Source of the DNA: Oculina patagonica
Taxonomy: Eukaryota
Assembly (NCBI RefSeq): GCF_052425735.1
Contig: NC_135760.1
Coordinates: 4,774,001 to 4,838,000 of the forward strand
DNA length: 64,000 bases
Direction of reading: 5' to 3'
In this document: piece after piece, positions 36,691-50,369 of the stretch
How positions within the stretch are numbered: position 1 is the stretch's first letter
Layout of the letters: every line of letters begins with the position of its first letter
The notes under the pieces: generated by a model
The model's database searches: none
Told to the model about the DNA's origin: nothing
Seen by the model: the letters and a program-made list of their open reading frames with translations, nothing else
Made by a program: the position numbers and the translations under genes

Positions 36691-38777
36691 GTGTCCTCAT
36701 TAATAAAATTTCACAAAAGCACACCAAATTCTGTCAAATATGAAGTAAAGCTAAGTAATATGGAAATGTCAAACAACACAGTCAAACATGAAGTACTCAT
36801 TAAACAATACCTGCGTTCAATTCTGGACATAAATACACTTCTATCCATACCACCTGTCGATCTTGTCTCGTGCACTTTTTCCGACAACCTTTTTTCGAAT
36901 TGGCTGTATACATTCTTCTAATGCCGTACTCACTAGAAATCACCGCGACATAAACATAAGCACAACCACACGAAGAACACACAATTTTATTGTTATGCTC
37001 ATGCTTATGCCACGATGACTCCTAGTGAGAACAGAAAAAAAAGAATCGGTGTCTTCGTTCTTCTTACGCGGCTATTCATGTGCGTGTACTTATGTCCAGT
37101 GCAAACAAGCCTTAAAGGCCCCGTCCACACTAAAGGCCTGGCAAAACGAGGAATCGTGTTTTCAGAAACACTCCTAGCGCGCATGTTTCCCCAATGTTCC
37201 CAGTTTTGCCATATGGGAAGCATTGTTTCCAGCGTCAATTTTGGTTTCCAAGAAGCAAAATTTGCTTCTGCTACACCGCAGAAACATTCTGTGTTTCCGC
37301 GCGACATGGCACCATGGTAAAACGAGAAAGCAATTATGGAAACATGTTCCCTGTTTTGAAGGTCCATTATGCGTTTTCGTTAATGGGTTATCGCCCATCT
37401 TCTACACTGATACGCTCGGAAATGCTCATCGTTATATCAAAACACATTTGTTAACGTTGTGCAGAATGGGGACATTTGAAAACGGAGCCCTATTGTATCA
37501 GTGTCAGATGATAGGCGAAAACGCATCCCCCTGATCGACGGAGACGCATTAGTGTGGACGGAGCATAAAAAGCTCAGACCCAATCATTATACGTCGCGTT
37601 TTAAAAATTTTATTACCGTAAAAATCGATCGAAAACAAATCGTTCTGAACTCAAAACAAACAGTGGATACAGAATAGTGCGCTATTTTATTATTATTATT
37701 TTTTTAATTATTGGAATATAGCGTTTTATTTTTTCAAAAATACCTTCGAATTAGGTTACCCGGATTTTGACCCTGGTAGTTCTTAGCCTGGTTCAAGTTT
37801 TGATTGACTCACTGGGCTTTTTGTGGCCGTTGTTCCAAAACCACTTTAAAATAGTATAAAATAAAAAGGATTACTTTTGCATGTGCTTGTCAGGTGAGAG
37901 TAATTTTACGAGGTACTATTTGACTTTTAACTGGCCCTTGGGCTGTTTACACGAAACTTTACATGACAAAGCATCCCTCCCACTTAGACCTGACGATCTA
38001 ATTTATTAGTTTATGTCAAAACTAAACTACAATATAAAGGAATAAGTTACAATTTAGATCTGAATAATTTCTCATTTTTGATGACGAGCCATTATAAATT
38101 TTAGGTGCTACCGCTGTATAAACAAACGGACAAGCACAATACATCTGCGTTTTCCTTAAAGGAAAATGTCATTAAAGATTCCTAAGAAGTTCTAGAAAAT
38201 GCTAATTATTGTCTTTAATCGTCTAAATAATTGAAGCGTACAATACAAATTTTCTGTCTTCTCGTTGATGATCGAAAACTTCGACAAAACAGTTCAAATT
38301 GAAATTGCCATTTCGCGATCTGTTGATATAAACGGTGACATTTTACGTTTAACCACAGAAAAATGGCAGTTTAAGCTCATTTCGCTATGAATAATTATAT
38401 TAAATGGTTCATGTATTACATATACAAATCCACAACATTCTCCAACAATCTAATGGCCTAAGGCACTTCGCAAACTCGACGTAAAAACGTATATACGATA
38501 AATAATCGCAATTAAATCGGTTAAACAAAAAACAAGTCATTGTTGTATTTTTGCTTTTGAAAAACTAACTCCCTTAATCAATTAAACATGTTATGCTATC
38601 GATATTTACAGCCAAAATAATGCAATCAACAGAAAGACATTGAAAAATATTTATAAATAGCTATTTTAAATATAAATATGAAAATGTTCTACTGCCAGAA
38701 ACAAGTTGTCATTCTTTTTTCAGACGAATCTCCTACAAGAAAAAAATCAATGTGGCCGTATTTTTAATTTGTTATCT

Positions 38778-39899
38778 CTAAATGCCGACAACTGCGATGG
38801 CATAAGCATTTCTTCCCTGCGGTAATTCCAAATAGCTTTCCCATCTGTTTAGTTCAAAATCAAAGGCGTAAGCGGTATTTTCACCGCCATCAGCTCCAAA
38901 AACAACCATCATGTTTTGCACAATTTCAGCCCGGCACAAGGAATATCCCACGGGTATGGGAGGCAAATCAAGCCAAACATGGCCTTCCAAATCGAACGCT
39001 TCAACGTCCAAGACATCGGTCCCATTCTTATCGCACCCTCCGACGACAATCAGTTTTTTCTTCCACGCCACGGCTGTGCAACCGTAACGTTTTCGCCTCA
39101 TGGGAGGCAATTTTGTCCATTTTCCTTGCTCCCCGTCGAAAATTTCGGCAGAGTTCTTTGCGCTGTTGAAGTAGAAGCCAGAACCACCCCCGGCTACCAG
39201 CAGTTTGCGCCCGATGATTCTCCCTCCAAAGTTGCAACGAGGTTCCAGCATCGGTGGCAGTGTAAACCATTCTTTCTTCTTTACGTTGTATAGCTCGACG
39301 CTGTTAAGCACACTGCCTTGATCGCAGCCTCCAGCCACTAGAATTCCGTGCTCTGTTCCCGAGGCAAAACAGCCCCATCGCCGTTTTCTCATGTGCTTGA
39401 GTACCTGCCACTCGCCGGTCACCCAGTCGTACATCTGCACGGTGTTCAGCGCCTTCCATCCACCAAACCCGCCAACTACAACGAGCGCGGGAACACCTGT
39501 GACTGCTGTAGCATAGCATGCTGTGGTTTTCACTGGCAAAGGAGCGATTTGTCGCCATTCTTCATTCGTGCAGTCGTACACTTCGACAGTCGAAGTGGGT
39601 TCGCTTCCCTGCCCTTCAGCCGCCCCTCCAATGGCGAATATGTGCTCATGTAACTCGATGATGTCATATTCGCGATCGAAGTCAATTTCCTTTATACCGG
39701 ATCTGGTCTCTTCCGTGTCCAATGTATCGACGTAGGCAGCTGTGTCTCGCAGAAATTTCGCTTGAAACCTTTTTTGTAGTTCTGTAGGAATAGCGATCAC
39801 CGAGTCAAATTTTTCTCGAAGTTTCTCTCGCGCCTTCGCGAAATCAAACTCATCATATTTTGGTTTCTTCTTCTCGAATAACTCTGTTTCGAGGAAAAT
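38778..39899 (-). CDS. Kelch-repeat (6-blade) protein, terminal exon of 373 codons; upstream exons not found in the window
   Basis: Acceptor CCATAG| at 39900-39901; open frame IFLETELFEKKKPKYDEF...; GG doublets and Y/F-D...W Kelch motifs; TAG at 38778. Confidence 0.85.
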   Translation of the reverse strand: MFLETELFEKKKPKYDEFDFAKAREKLREKFDSVIAIPTELQKRFQAKFLRDTAAYVDTLDTEETRSGIKEIDFDREYDIIELHEHIFAIGGAAEGQGSEPTSTVEVYDCTNEEWRQIAPLPVKTTACYATAVTGVPALVVVGGFGGWKALNTVQMYDWVTGEWQVLKHMRKRRWGCFASGTEHGILVAGGCDQGSVLNSVELYNVKKKEWFTLPPMLEPRCNFGGRIIGRKLLVAGGGSGFYFNSAKNSAEIFDGEQGKWTKLPPMRRKRYGCTAVAWKKKLIVVGGCDKNGTDVLDVEAFDLEGHVWLDLPPIPVGYSLCRAEIVQNMMVVFGADGGENTAYAFDFELNRWESYLELPQGRNAYAIAVVGI

Positions 39900-40221
39900 C
39901 TATGGTCCTTTCGTTTTGGACCAAACAGCTTCAGGACTATTAATGCTTTATGTGTTGGACATGAGATGGAGGGTGGGCCGGGAGGGGGGGCATTGTGATG
40001 ATCTGGCGTTTAATTCAAAACAGAGCAAAAAACTCGCCTTTCGTTACTCGATCTATAAAATCGGCAGAATTTGGTATTTCAAGTATTTGTTTTTAGGCGA
40101 TCAGCTTAGAAATGAATGAATCTGTGTAATGCACGTGCAGGCTAGAGTTATTTTTCTTCTAATTTAATGTTTCATTCAGCCGTTGCCTACTGTTGCTAAA
40201 GAGTAAGGTTTTTGACTATAT

Positions 40222-40504
40222 AGAGCAGTTTTCAATTGAGTGTCGTAAAACCAAAACCAAAGTAATTACTCTGTCCAATCACAAAGGACACAGACAATCC
40301 AGTGAACCAATCAAAACTCGAAGCAAATACATGTAGCTGGCACGAAGCGCGTGAAAACGTGCGCGAGCGAGTCACGATTGGTTTTGGTTTTACTCCTGAT
40401 TGGCTGAGAAAGTGGCGCGAGATTTTTAAGCCAATCACTTAGCGTAGTAGTGCAAAACCAAAGCAAACGCAGTTTACTTTGGACACTCAAGTGAAAACTG
40501 CTCT
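40222..40504. mobile_element. MITE, same family as 30256-30557
   Basis: TIR AGAGCAGTTTTCA / TGAAAACTGCTCT. Confidence 0.85.
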
Positions 40505-42168
40505 ATATACAATTGCCACAACACTAAAACCACATTCACCATGTTAGCGAATAACGAACCTAGTATAACCACGATAAGTGGCGGCACGCTCGGAAAGAAT
40601 TGGCTCGTTTTGTACTTCATTAGCCGGTAGAAATGAATCATGTCTATGCTGATTTGTTGAAAAAAAAAATGATGCAAGTTTCAGAGCTCAGCTTAAGCTT
40701 AATGAAAGTAAACACATTTTGTCGAAAGTAATTTTTGAGGGTACTTGAAGTTTATTTTACTCTTTTGTTTTGCAGTTTTTTTCATTTTATGCTGGCATGA
40801 CATCGTCATGCTTTATTACGAATGTCAGTTTTCTAATCCATAGGAGACAATGAGTTCTGGGGAAAAATTTCCTTTTTCCGTCCCGGAAGATTTCGGAACA
40901 CGACCTCTATTTCTTTGGGCGTGGCCCTGTCAAGTGTCATTGAAACATCAATATGAAGGACATGTGTGTGGAGGGTCAGTGATTGACCCTCGATGGATCC
41001 TTACCACGGCTCACTGTCTGAAACCAGATGACTATTATACAAATTATACAGTTGTTGCAGGTAATTATCACGGTGTGTAGGCTGGATAAAAAGCCCATGG
41101 GTGACCGCCGAGGTCAGGGGAAAAGGAAAGTCACGGCAAATATTTGTATAAACTGAATGCGACTATCCAGACGTGTAAAATCATCTTTAATTCGTTTGCA
41201 ATGATTGCTGCACAGCAAGCGAATTAACAAGCAGCTGTGGTCTTACTTTAATGAGGGGCACAAATTCTCGATTCGTTAACTTTCAGCAGTTTGTGTTTTT
41301 TAACTAAATCCCTTGCGTTCGGATTTCATTTCTTACTGCAAAGACTGAAGCAGGAGCGGATCTCTATGAATAAATAGTCTCAACTAGACACTGACTAGAT
41401 TTACTGTGGCTCCTTTAATTCGAGACTCTATCAGTGTCTCATACTGTTTGCATCTGAATTCACTAGAGCTGAGCTCGCACAAAAAAATCTGCCATCGCAT
41501 CTTTACTCACTCACATCACTGGCATTTACTCCAATCTCAATTAAATCAGTAATTTCTACTCCAGTCATTCTAGGTAGAAGATCTTGAAGGAAAGGCTACA
41601 CTATCTGATTTTGCTTTTTGATTCGCTCCACTTCTACGGCGCCCTACTCAGCTCAGTCAACAATCTAGCCGCCCCCCCCCCCCCCCTCCCCTCCAATACA
41701 CTAATAGATTAAGCTGTTCGAAAGCTACTCAAACCAGTTCAACCTTTATTATTTATAAGAGAGAAAAGTATAATTTTACATTCCATTCCTTATCTTGTAG
41801 AACATGAATTCGACGCTAATGTATAAATATAAATTATTCGGCGTTTATTAAATTTTTGTGATTTGAGTGCGGCGTTTATTCGAGGGCGTCGTTTATTTAA
41901 AATTCAACTAATTAATCGGGCGTGGCCGATTTAAGGTTTACCCTTTGGTCGTCCTAGAGCGTAGTCTCCTGGCGCGGCCAAAAAGACGGGGATAGCTCGG
42001 GGTTGCTACAAAACCGCTACGGGTGACGCATACCGCAATGGTTTTCATTTTAGTTTTGACAGGAAATCGTTGCAGGCACACTTGGTCGACTTTTGGGTTA
42101 ATGTGTAATCAGGTTGTGTTTTTTTGCTTCGGCGGAAGGACAGAGAAAAAAGCTTACGGGGCAAAGTA

Positions 42169-43591
42169 CAGTATGGGGCCCAGTTCTCGGCCACTTTTGA
42201 CGTAAACTTGTATTTCTTACCTCAGAAGAATCGCAGGAACTTAAAATTTCTCCCAGAGCTAGCTACATTATTCAGCTTTTTGGTGTAAAGCTATCGACCG
42301 GTCAAAAATTAATTTGCCCGAGCAATAATAAAAATAAAAGCTCCATTTGTGGGCCCAGTTCTCGGCCACCTTGGCCCAGTTCTCGGCCACTTTTGACGTA
42401 AACTTGTATTTCTTACCTCAGAAGAACCGCAGGAACTTAAAATTTCTCCCAGAGCTAGCTACATTATTCAGCTTTTTGTTGTAAAGCTATCGACCGGTCA
42501 AAAATTAATTTGCCCGAGCAATAATAAAAATAAAAGCTCCATTTGTGGGCCCAGTTCTCGGCCACCTTGGCCCAGTTCTCGGCCACTTTTGACGTAAACT
42601 TGTATTTCTTACCTCAGAAGAACTGCAGGAACTTGAAATTTCTCCCAGAGCTAGCTACATTATTCAGCTTTTTGGTGTAAAGCTATCGACCGGTCAAAAA
42701 TTAATTTGCCCGAGCAATAATAAAAATAAAAGCTCCATTTGTGGGCCCAGTTCTCGGCAACCTTGGCCCAGTTCTCGGCCACTAAAAAGCTTGTCCGTAA
42801 TTATCTGTAAAAAATGCTCAATTAATTTTCACAGTCATAAAATCACTCTGTAAACCTATTTATACTATATCGATCCCAAATTATTTTTATGATGCTTTGT
42901 TTTACTTTAGAAAAGAAGGATTTTAACGCGCCTAGTTGCCTATGTGCAGGTTCTGGCAAAACCGCATTGTGTGACCCGTGCATTTAGATGGTTTATTTTG
43001 CAGTGAAAAGGTCTTGAAAGATTTAGGTGTTGTAGAAATAATAGACAAGACAAGAGTCAGCTCAAAACTTAGAGATAAGATTGAACTTTATTTTTAAAAC
43101 ATTTATTTCTTTCATTCTGGCAGCAGCAGATGAAATTATATTAAAAACGAAGCGCTAAGCTGTGATAGCGAGCAGGGTGGCCGAGAACTGGCAAATACGC
43201 AAACGTCGCAAGAAAAAATTTCGAAGTAAATTAAGACCAAAAAATACAACGGTTCAACGAAGAGTTAACTAAAGCAGAAAGCTGAATTATTCTACGTTTC
43301 ACATGCCAAAAATTAGCTCGTATGGTGGGGGCTTTTGGATAAAATACGAATTTAACTACATCCATGAATTTGGAGCTGTAAACAAACAACTTTTTTGGGA
43401 ATGCAAATTCACCTACCTCCGCGTAAACTCGACGTGTGAGCTTTCTATATCGAATTGAACGATCAAACTCAAGATACTTAAAGCACATGAATCAGTCTAT
43501 CGTTTGAAGGAAATACCTTTTTCTTTTGATTCAACTGGAGTGTGAAAAAACGCGTTAAACACAAAGTGGCCGAGAACTGGGCCCCATACTG
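42169..43591. mobile_element. Non-autonomous TA-flanked TIR element (Tc1/mariner-pogo type) with an internal 196-bp tandem repeat (~3 units, 42177-42783)
   Basis: Perfect TIR CAGTATGGGGCCCAGTTCTCGGCCACTTT with TA on both sides; units start at 42195, 42391 and 42587. Confidence 0.9.
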
Positions 43592-45194
43592 TACTGATAT
43601 TCACCATTGTGAAATTGCACTTACTTTGACAAGTTAAAGTTATTTTTGTAAATGAAAAAGGTAACGTCATTGATGTCACGCAGTGTTTTTTTTTTAGCAA
43701 ACTAGATGGTTTGCTGGTTTCTGACTATGAATGGGGGTGTGATCTTGCGGTATATTTTTTGAGCCTGACTCCGCCGTAAAACTTTTTTTTTATTTAGCAA
43801 GAACTGTGTCGATTTTCATTTCTGAACAATTGGTCGTCAAGTCGTTTGTCACAAAGAGTAGAATGTTTGTACAGCATGTTTTGGAATTATTTTAGATTTG
43901 GTTAGTAAGACGCTTCTGAAGACCTGAGCAAAACATTGGGAATGTACAGTATTAATAGGAACTTGAATGGAATTTTTCACAAGTTGGATAAAGGTATCAA
44001 CTGAAAAAAATGGAATTCAAAATGAGAACTTGGATTTTGTTGTAATTAAATTTTATCGCGGATTGGATGCATAATATCACGGCTTTGAAAGTCTTCAAAT
44101 AATTAGAAAGGTTCCTTTCTTCCTTTTGATCTTATTGTTATTTTCATGTATTGATTATTCGAAAGTGGTTTTCGTTGATACGAAAAAAAAAAACGGGTTT
44201 TCACTGAATTGCTTGAAGTATTTTTAGACGTGATAATATTGGCTTAATCAAATTACATTGTGCACGAAATATTTGTTATTCTTTTGTCTTGAAACTTTGA
44301 GGAAATTGAAATTTTTGTTTGACAGTAGTGTATGAAAGGCATTTTATAGAACTGAATAAAAAATTAGAAACTTTGATAAAGGTTATTTCAAAGATTTATT
44401 TTGCCTGATTTTGAAGGGTTTCAGGAGTTTTAAAGAGTGCTGGTAAACGGCTGTATGTTGTTTGTGATTACGGATCTTATTTAGTTTCGAACGCTCTAAT
44501 TTTTGAAAGGTTAAAACAGGTTAAAACCGGGCGGTTTCATGAGTTTTTTGGGTAGAAAGGTACGGTGGTGGTCAAAAAAAAAATGTTTAGAAAGGAATGA
44601 CTGTAGTAGCACGTAAGTCGGAGGTTTGCGTGAGTCACGGGGTATAGTATGCGTGAGCTGGATTTCCGGCGTCACAACGGCATGTTTTGTTTACTGAAAG
44701 ATACACTCGACGTTTAGTTAGCTTAGTCGGCTTGGGAAACTATTTTAAAAATGAATGTTGTAATAGTTAATTAATAGTAATCTAGAATTAACCCACTCTC
44801 GATTGGAGTCTGTTCTGGATTCGCGCTACCTTTTCGCCGCGAAGGAATTTTGTAAAATTTCGCTAGTGGAAAGAGGTACTGTAAGAACAGTATCAATAAC
44901 TCAAAAGGAGGAACTTCTTTGTAGCTCTGAATTAAGACGTATGATAAAATTTTAGAATAAGAAACTTTCGATATATGGTTTTCATATTGTTTTTGTCAAT
45001 TTCCTTTTGTGGCAGATTTTTTGAGAATCAGCTTTTCTTTCGTGTGATGACAGACACAGGACAGAACGAGAGGTGGATGAGAAAGATGCCGAAGATGAAT
45101 ATATAGGCACCGAAAAACGACAAGAACCGTCAAGGACTTATCTTTAGAGGGCGGGGAGTTTTGGCATACTGTATTTTGAGGACTGGACTGGACT

Positions 45195-45440
45195 AGTAAA
45201 ACGCGGACTAGTAAAACGCGGAATTGTAAAACGCGGACTAGTATAACGCGGACTAGTAAAACGCGGACTTGTAAAACGCGGACTAGTAAAACGCGGACTC
45301 AGGTAAAACGCGGACTTGTAAAAGGCGGACTAGTAAAACGCGGACTAGTAAAACGCGGACTTGTAAAACGCGGACTTGTAAAACGAGGGCTTGTTAAGCA
45401 CGGACTTGTAGAGCGCGGACTTGTAAAACAAACGCTTGTA
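45195..45440. repeat. 15-bp minisatellite (GTAAAACGCGGACTW)n
   Basis: Roughly 15 tandem units, degenerating toward the right. Confidence 0.9.
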
Positions 45441-46706
45441 AATCGGATAAAACTAAACGGTTTAGCGAGCGAAACAATTTGTGTTTGAAGCTCTTGTGTG
45501 TTTCTTCGACGGCATATTTCTAGCTTTTTTGAGCACTCTATGGTCTGTTTTAGCGTGGAGATGTTTTTGCAGTATAGCACATGTTCGTTCTGCAAACCCC
45601 TACTAAAACAACGGGATTGATGCTATGAGTTGTGTGCATATGTTTCTTTCTTTCCACTACTTGACGTCTGTTGAGTGCAGTCGTTTTTATTGCTCGCACG
45701 AGGTAGAACGGGGCCCGTCCAGAAATCAACAGTCAATCGTAAATAAAGGTGACGGGCCTACACGACTCCTACGTTCGTGACATTAGAATATTTGCCGTTA
45801 AATGTTTAAATTCGGTCTTTCGACCTTATACATAGATACATGGGATGAGTGAAGTTTCCTTGGATTCCTTGAAACACCAACAAGATATTTCCGTTTAAGG
45901 TGGCTGATAATGGGTTTCAGTATTTCCCAGTCCTTATACTTTGGTTCAGGACTAAAAGCCTTCATCAATTGCTATTACAGTAATGGTATGAAACAAATGT
46001 TCAATCATTCATCAACAAGTTGTGATCATTTTCTTGACAATAGTAGTTCCCCGGTAAACAGTTGTAGTACTGTCCCATCAAAGTGCAATGCCTGGAAAAT
46101 ACCGAAAAGCACACGACCGTCAGGTGAAACCGCACCTTACAGTATTACCAATACACTGCACTTTGCTAAGTCTTAAAACTTTACATTGTCTATTCGTCTA
46201 CTTCAATCGTTTATTTGTATTGTGTGAGATACATTTATAAATTGAAACCATCATGTCTTTAAGTAATAATGCAATCTCGACAACGTTCTAGATATTATAT
46301 TATGCACACTAATACAGCTCATGCAAGCCCTGTGACTTACACAAACACAGTCGGACTGAGTGCTTAACTTAAGTAACTGCTTCGTGGTTTCTGCTGTACT
46401 GAACCCTGCCTTTCAAGGCAAAGCGCCCGATTTTAAGCTTCTCAAGCTTCTCAATGTTCTTGTTTCTTGCAAATAATAGCATGGTAACTGGGCATTTGAA
46501 CATTAAAAAACAGGAACATCTTGTCTCAAAAGTCATTTTCAATATCTTTAAACATTGTTAAAATCAAGGAAAATATTTATTTCAGGCTTGCTCAAGCTTA
46601 ATAATTACTGGATTTGCTTATAAAGTCTATTATTCGAATAATGATGCGGCGTTCATTCGAGGGCGATGCTTATTAAGAAGGACTTTAAATAAAAACCGCG
46701 CTTGCA

Positions 46707-48305
46707 CTGGCAGAAAATTGAAAAATCAAATTCCTTCATTTTTTTGCTCATTAATAACTTTTAGGTAGATAAGAAACCTGATGTATTTTGATCCCCCCAG
46801 AAGTCTTCTAATTTCGAGAAAAAACCCAAAGTCAGTTTTCGTGATCGGAGCCTCAAAAGTGACACAATTTTCAACCCGAAATTCGCTATCGTTAACTCTC
46901 GTCGCGTTCACAAACAAAGCCACATTGAGAACTTTGGATGCTTTCTATCAACAGAGACACTCTTTTCCATTCGCTAAAATATAATTTCAGGGCTTAAGCA
47001 AAACTCTTCGAACTGAAATAATTAAAAAGGTGGGGAATACTTTTCACGATACTAGAAAGTCGAATTAAACGGCAGTTTTCAACGGAATTATTTAATATGT
47101 GGTATAACTCCAAATTTTCTCAATTGTCGTTTAAACACACATGAAAATGTTTATCTAAGACATACCTGAGGATTGGCTCGGGTTGTTGAAGGCAGCATAT
47201 TTACCAATGCATCGTAGTCCCACAAAATGTTGTGATATCGATCAAAATAGCCTAACTGACAGCTACACATTTCTTGGCTCCAAAATACAACAAAGCAACT
47301 GTTAAGCGCGAAATTCCTTTTGCATCTTCATCCTTAGCAATTTTCCTTCATCGTGGTTCTTTTCTCTTGACGAAAGTGTGTACAGAACTCCAGAACGATC
47401 AATTTGCTTCCTCAAACTGCGTTGGCGGTGCTGGAGAATTGTTTTGCGTTATTTTAACTCCGTGACATTCTCGACCCCAGAGCTCTTACTGCGCAGACTC
47501 ACTTACGTCACAATATCGTGTTTCATGTCACGTGTATTATGTCACGTAAGTCACAAATGTAATCTTGTGGGATCTTGTGGCAAAATGGCGAAGAGGTTTT
47601 GCGATCAAAATGGACCTCGGTTGGCTTTTTTATCTCACTCTTCCGTTGAAAAGGGAATTTCGCAATGGAACATTCGGCAAGAAGAAGGAAAGACGAGCAT
47701 TTGGGGTTAAAACATTCATTATCGTGGCGTTTGGCAATTAGAAGTATTTACACAGTCGATACACAGTTTACGGTCATGCTGCGAAAATTTGCCGAAGTTT
47801 GATGCCCTCTAAGTGAGAATCTTTCCAATAACCCGAGCCAATTCTCAGGTATGTTTAATAAGAATATCTGTATGCACGTTTGAGCAAGAATTGAAAAAAA
47901 TTAATGTTATACCACATGCTAAATACTGCCGTTGAAAATTACTATTTCATTCAAATTTTTGTTATCGTAAAAAGCATTCCTCGTCAGTTCATTTTTTCAG
48001 TTGGAAGAGTTGCGCCAAAGCCCTGAAATTATATTCTAGCGAAAGAAAAAGAGCTTTTATGTTGATAGGAAGTGACCAAATTTCTCTGCGCGGTTTTATA
48101 AGCGAACGCGAGTAGTGTTCATAATAGCTTATTTCGGGTTTAAAAGTTAGGAAATTTGTGACTTCGACCACCGAAATCGATTTTCTTTGTTTTCTTAAAA
48201 TTAGAAGACCTCTAGGGGAAACAAACTACATCAGGTTTCTTATCTACCTTACAGCTAATAATGAGCAAAAAACGAAGAAAAATCGATTTTCCAATTTCTG
48301 CCAGG
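46707..48305. mobile_element. Foldback-like element with ~500-bp diverged inverted arms
   Basis: For example AGGTAGATAAGAAACCTGATGTA (46765) pairs with TACATCAGGTTTCTTATCTACCT (48227), and CATACCTGAGGATTGGCTCGGGTT (47161) pairs with AACCCGAGCCAATTCTCAGGTATG (47830). Confidence 0.75.
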
Positions 48306-49249
48306 AAATCAAATTCTTGCTCGGCCGTTCGTAAAAGTCACTCTTAATATTTTTGCTCTAAAATGTGGCGTTTATTCAAGGACGGCGTTTAATCGAATAA
48401 ATACGGTATTGTATATATTGTTAACCGGACAGGTTTTAAAAGAAGCTAAACTTCCCCTTGTCCCACGTGGCACTTGTCAGAGAAGCAATGACTTGAGGGA
48501 TTTAGGATTCAGCGTCACAAACCGCATGCGCTGTGCGGGTGACGGTAAAGGCGGGATTGACGATGTCCAGTTGATAGTGGAGGACCGCTGGTCTGTGAGA
48601 GAAACAGCAAGTGGCATCTGATGGGCGTGGCAAGCTGGGATGCAAGGTGTGGGCAAAAGGGTCAGCTCAAGAAATGGATAAAAAGAATAATGCTGCACCT
48701 TTTGTAATAGGATTTCTACTGACTGTTTAGTTCGTTTTGCTAAGTTCTCGGTAGGAATTTAATTTTGTTTACGTTGTAATTTTAAATTTTCGGACCGTTT
48801 TATCTTTTATAATAGCACTGGTCCTGAAGAAGACTAGTAGTAATATTGAAATATTGGCCAATTAAAAGTGTCCTTCGCCGTAGTGCCTACAATTTAATTG
48901 CGCTGTCATGAATTTATAGCTGTCATGAATTTGTAAAACAAACAATCCAGTTTTAGCCAACAATATAGTGAAGAAATTAATCATTCATTTTTTTTGCAAA
49001 GGATCAGTTTCCTATTTAGCTACGCAAACGGTGATCCGTTGCCTAAATATTGCAAATTTGAAGATTTTTACTACGTGTTTTACACAACAACAGGCATGGC
49101 GGCGATCTTGGTATTTTAGAACCATCCTGGTGCTCTGTATGTTTTTAAGGGTTTAGGAATTGAAAATTCTGTTTTGGTACCGCTCGCGACTGTTCTATTT
49201 CAAAATTTCCAAGTTGCTACATTTATATTATGGTACCTCTACAGAGTTT

Positions 49250-49386
49250 GGATCAATTTAGGTTTCTGGGAAACTGCTCATCTACCCCTCCCCAAACCTA
49301 ACATTAACCCTTACTTATCGCTTTGGGCAAAATGTTAGGTTTGGGGAAGAGTAGGTGAGCAGTTTCCCAGAAACCTAAATTGATCC
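49250..49386. mobile_element. Palindromic MITE with 8-bp TSD (hAT-like)
   Basis: TIR GGATCAATTTAGGTTTCTGGGAAACTGCTCA; TSD CAGAGTTT at 49242-49249 and 49387-49394. Confidence 0.9.
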
Positions 49387-49598
49387 CAGAGTTTGATAAT
49401 AACTAAAATAATAATAAATAAACAGCAACTACAGATGAGCCTCTCTAATAAGGACACCAAAGGGACAAAGCAAAGTGTCTCTATAAGAGGGGTGTCCGTA
49501 TTTTAGAGACCACCACTATGACGGCCTGGCAGCTTCAAAGTATTTAATATCTCGAAATTTTCAGAAACGCAATGCTGCATTAAAAAAATGAACATTAA

Positions 49599-50369
49599 GG
49601 AGGCTCGATGTAGTTTTTTTAGCCGAAGGGTGGTTGTATTGAAAACTAAAATTATCAAGGAAGCCAATGCTCGATTTTTGCCAAAATACACCATAATGAT
49701 CAAATATGACCAAATTTTTATTTTTTTACCCATCACTTAATCACAAAAGGTTACCATAGCAACCACTGACGTTTTCTTTTGTTCTCAAACAAGCTTGATT
49801 TTCTCGAAATCTAGACTGACTCTTGGTATTCATTTTTTGATATGTTCAAGTATAGTAGATTGACTACCTGTACACAAAATTTTAGGAAAATCTGTAAGAG
49901 CGTTTTCAAGTAAATCAAGAATATAAATTAAAGCAAAAACTCTTTCGCTTTTAGTAAATGGTCTTTGATGGTGTAAGTATTCATATTTCAGTGAGAGTAA
50001 CTGCGCTTAAATAATACGAAACAATTTAAAAGCGCCTATTTTAGATTAAAATGGGGTTTTTCTGAAAATTTCATTCTTGATTTAAAATTTTGTCAAGAGT
50101 TAGTAAATCTACTAAACTTTAACATTTAAAAAAATAAACAACAAGAGTCAATCTAGATTTCGAGAAAATCAAGCTTGTTTGAGAACAAAAGAAACGGTCA
50201 ATGGTTGCTATGGTAACCTTTCTGACAAAATGACCCGTAAAAAATTAAGATTTGGTCATAATTGATCCTTATGGTGTATTTTGGCAAAAATTGAACATTG
50301 GCTTGCCAGAGAATTTTAATTTTCAAAACAACCACCCTTCGGCTAAAAAAAAAACTACATCGAGCCTCC
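49599..50369. mobile_element. TTAA-target MITE with ~230-bp TIRs (Kolobok/piggyBac-like)
   Basis: TTAA|GGAGGCTCGATGTAG...CTACATCGAGCCTCC|TTAA. Confidence 0.85.

Larger units (their letters stand above)
40844..48700 (+). pseudogene. Trypsin-like protease pseudogene: exon 40844-41060 and exon 48433-~48700, middle exon missing, TE cluster in between
   Basis: [30 protein letters not shown]|GT; VLKEAKLPLVPRGTC..RMRCAG followed by a frameshift near DSGG. Confidence 0.85.

Noticed and set aside
45195-45595. ORF with FTSPR repeats, or a CRISPR array
   Set aside because: It is the translation of a 15-bp minisatellite; there are no spacers or cas genes and the context is eukaryotic.
48820-48870. Hammerhead-like CTGAAGA...GAAA motif
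   Set aside because: Stem II and the flanking helices do not pair convincingly; at best a decayed Penelope remnant.
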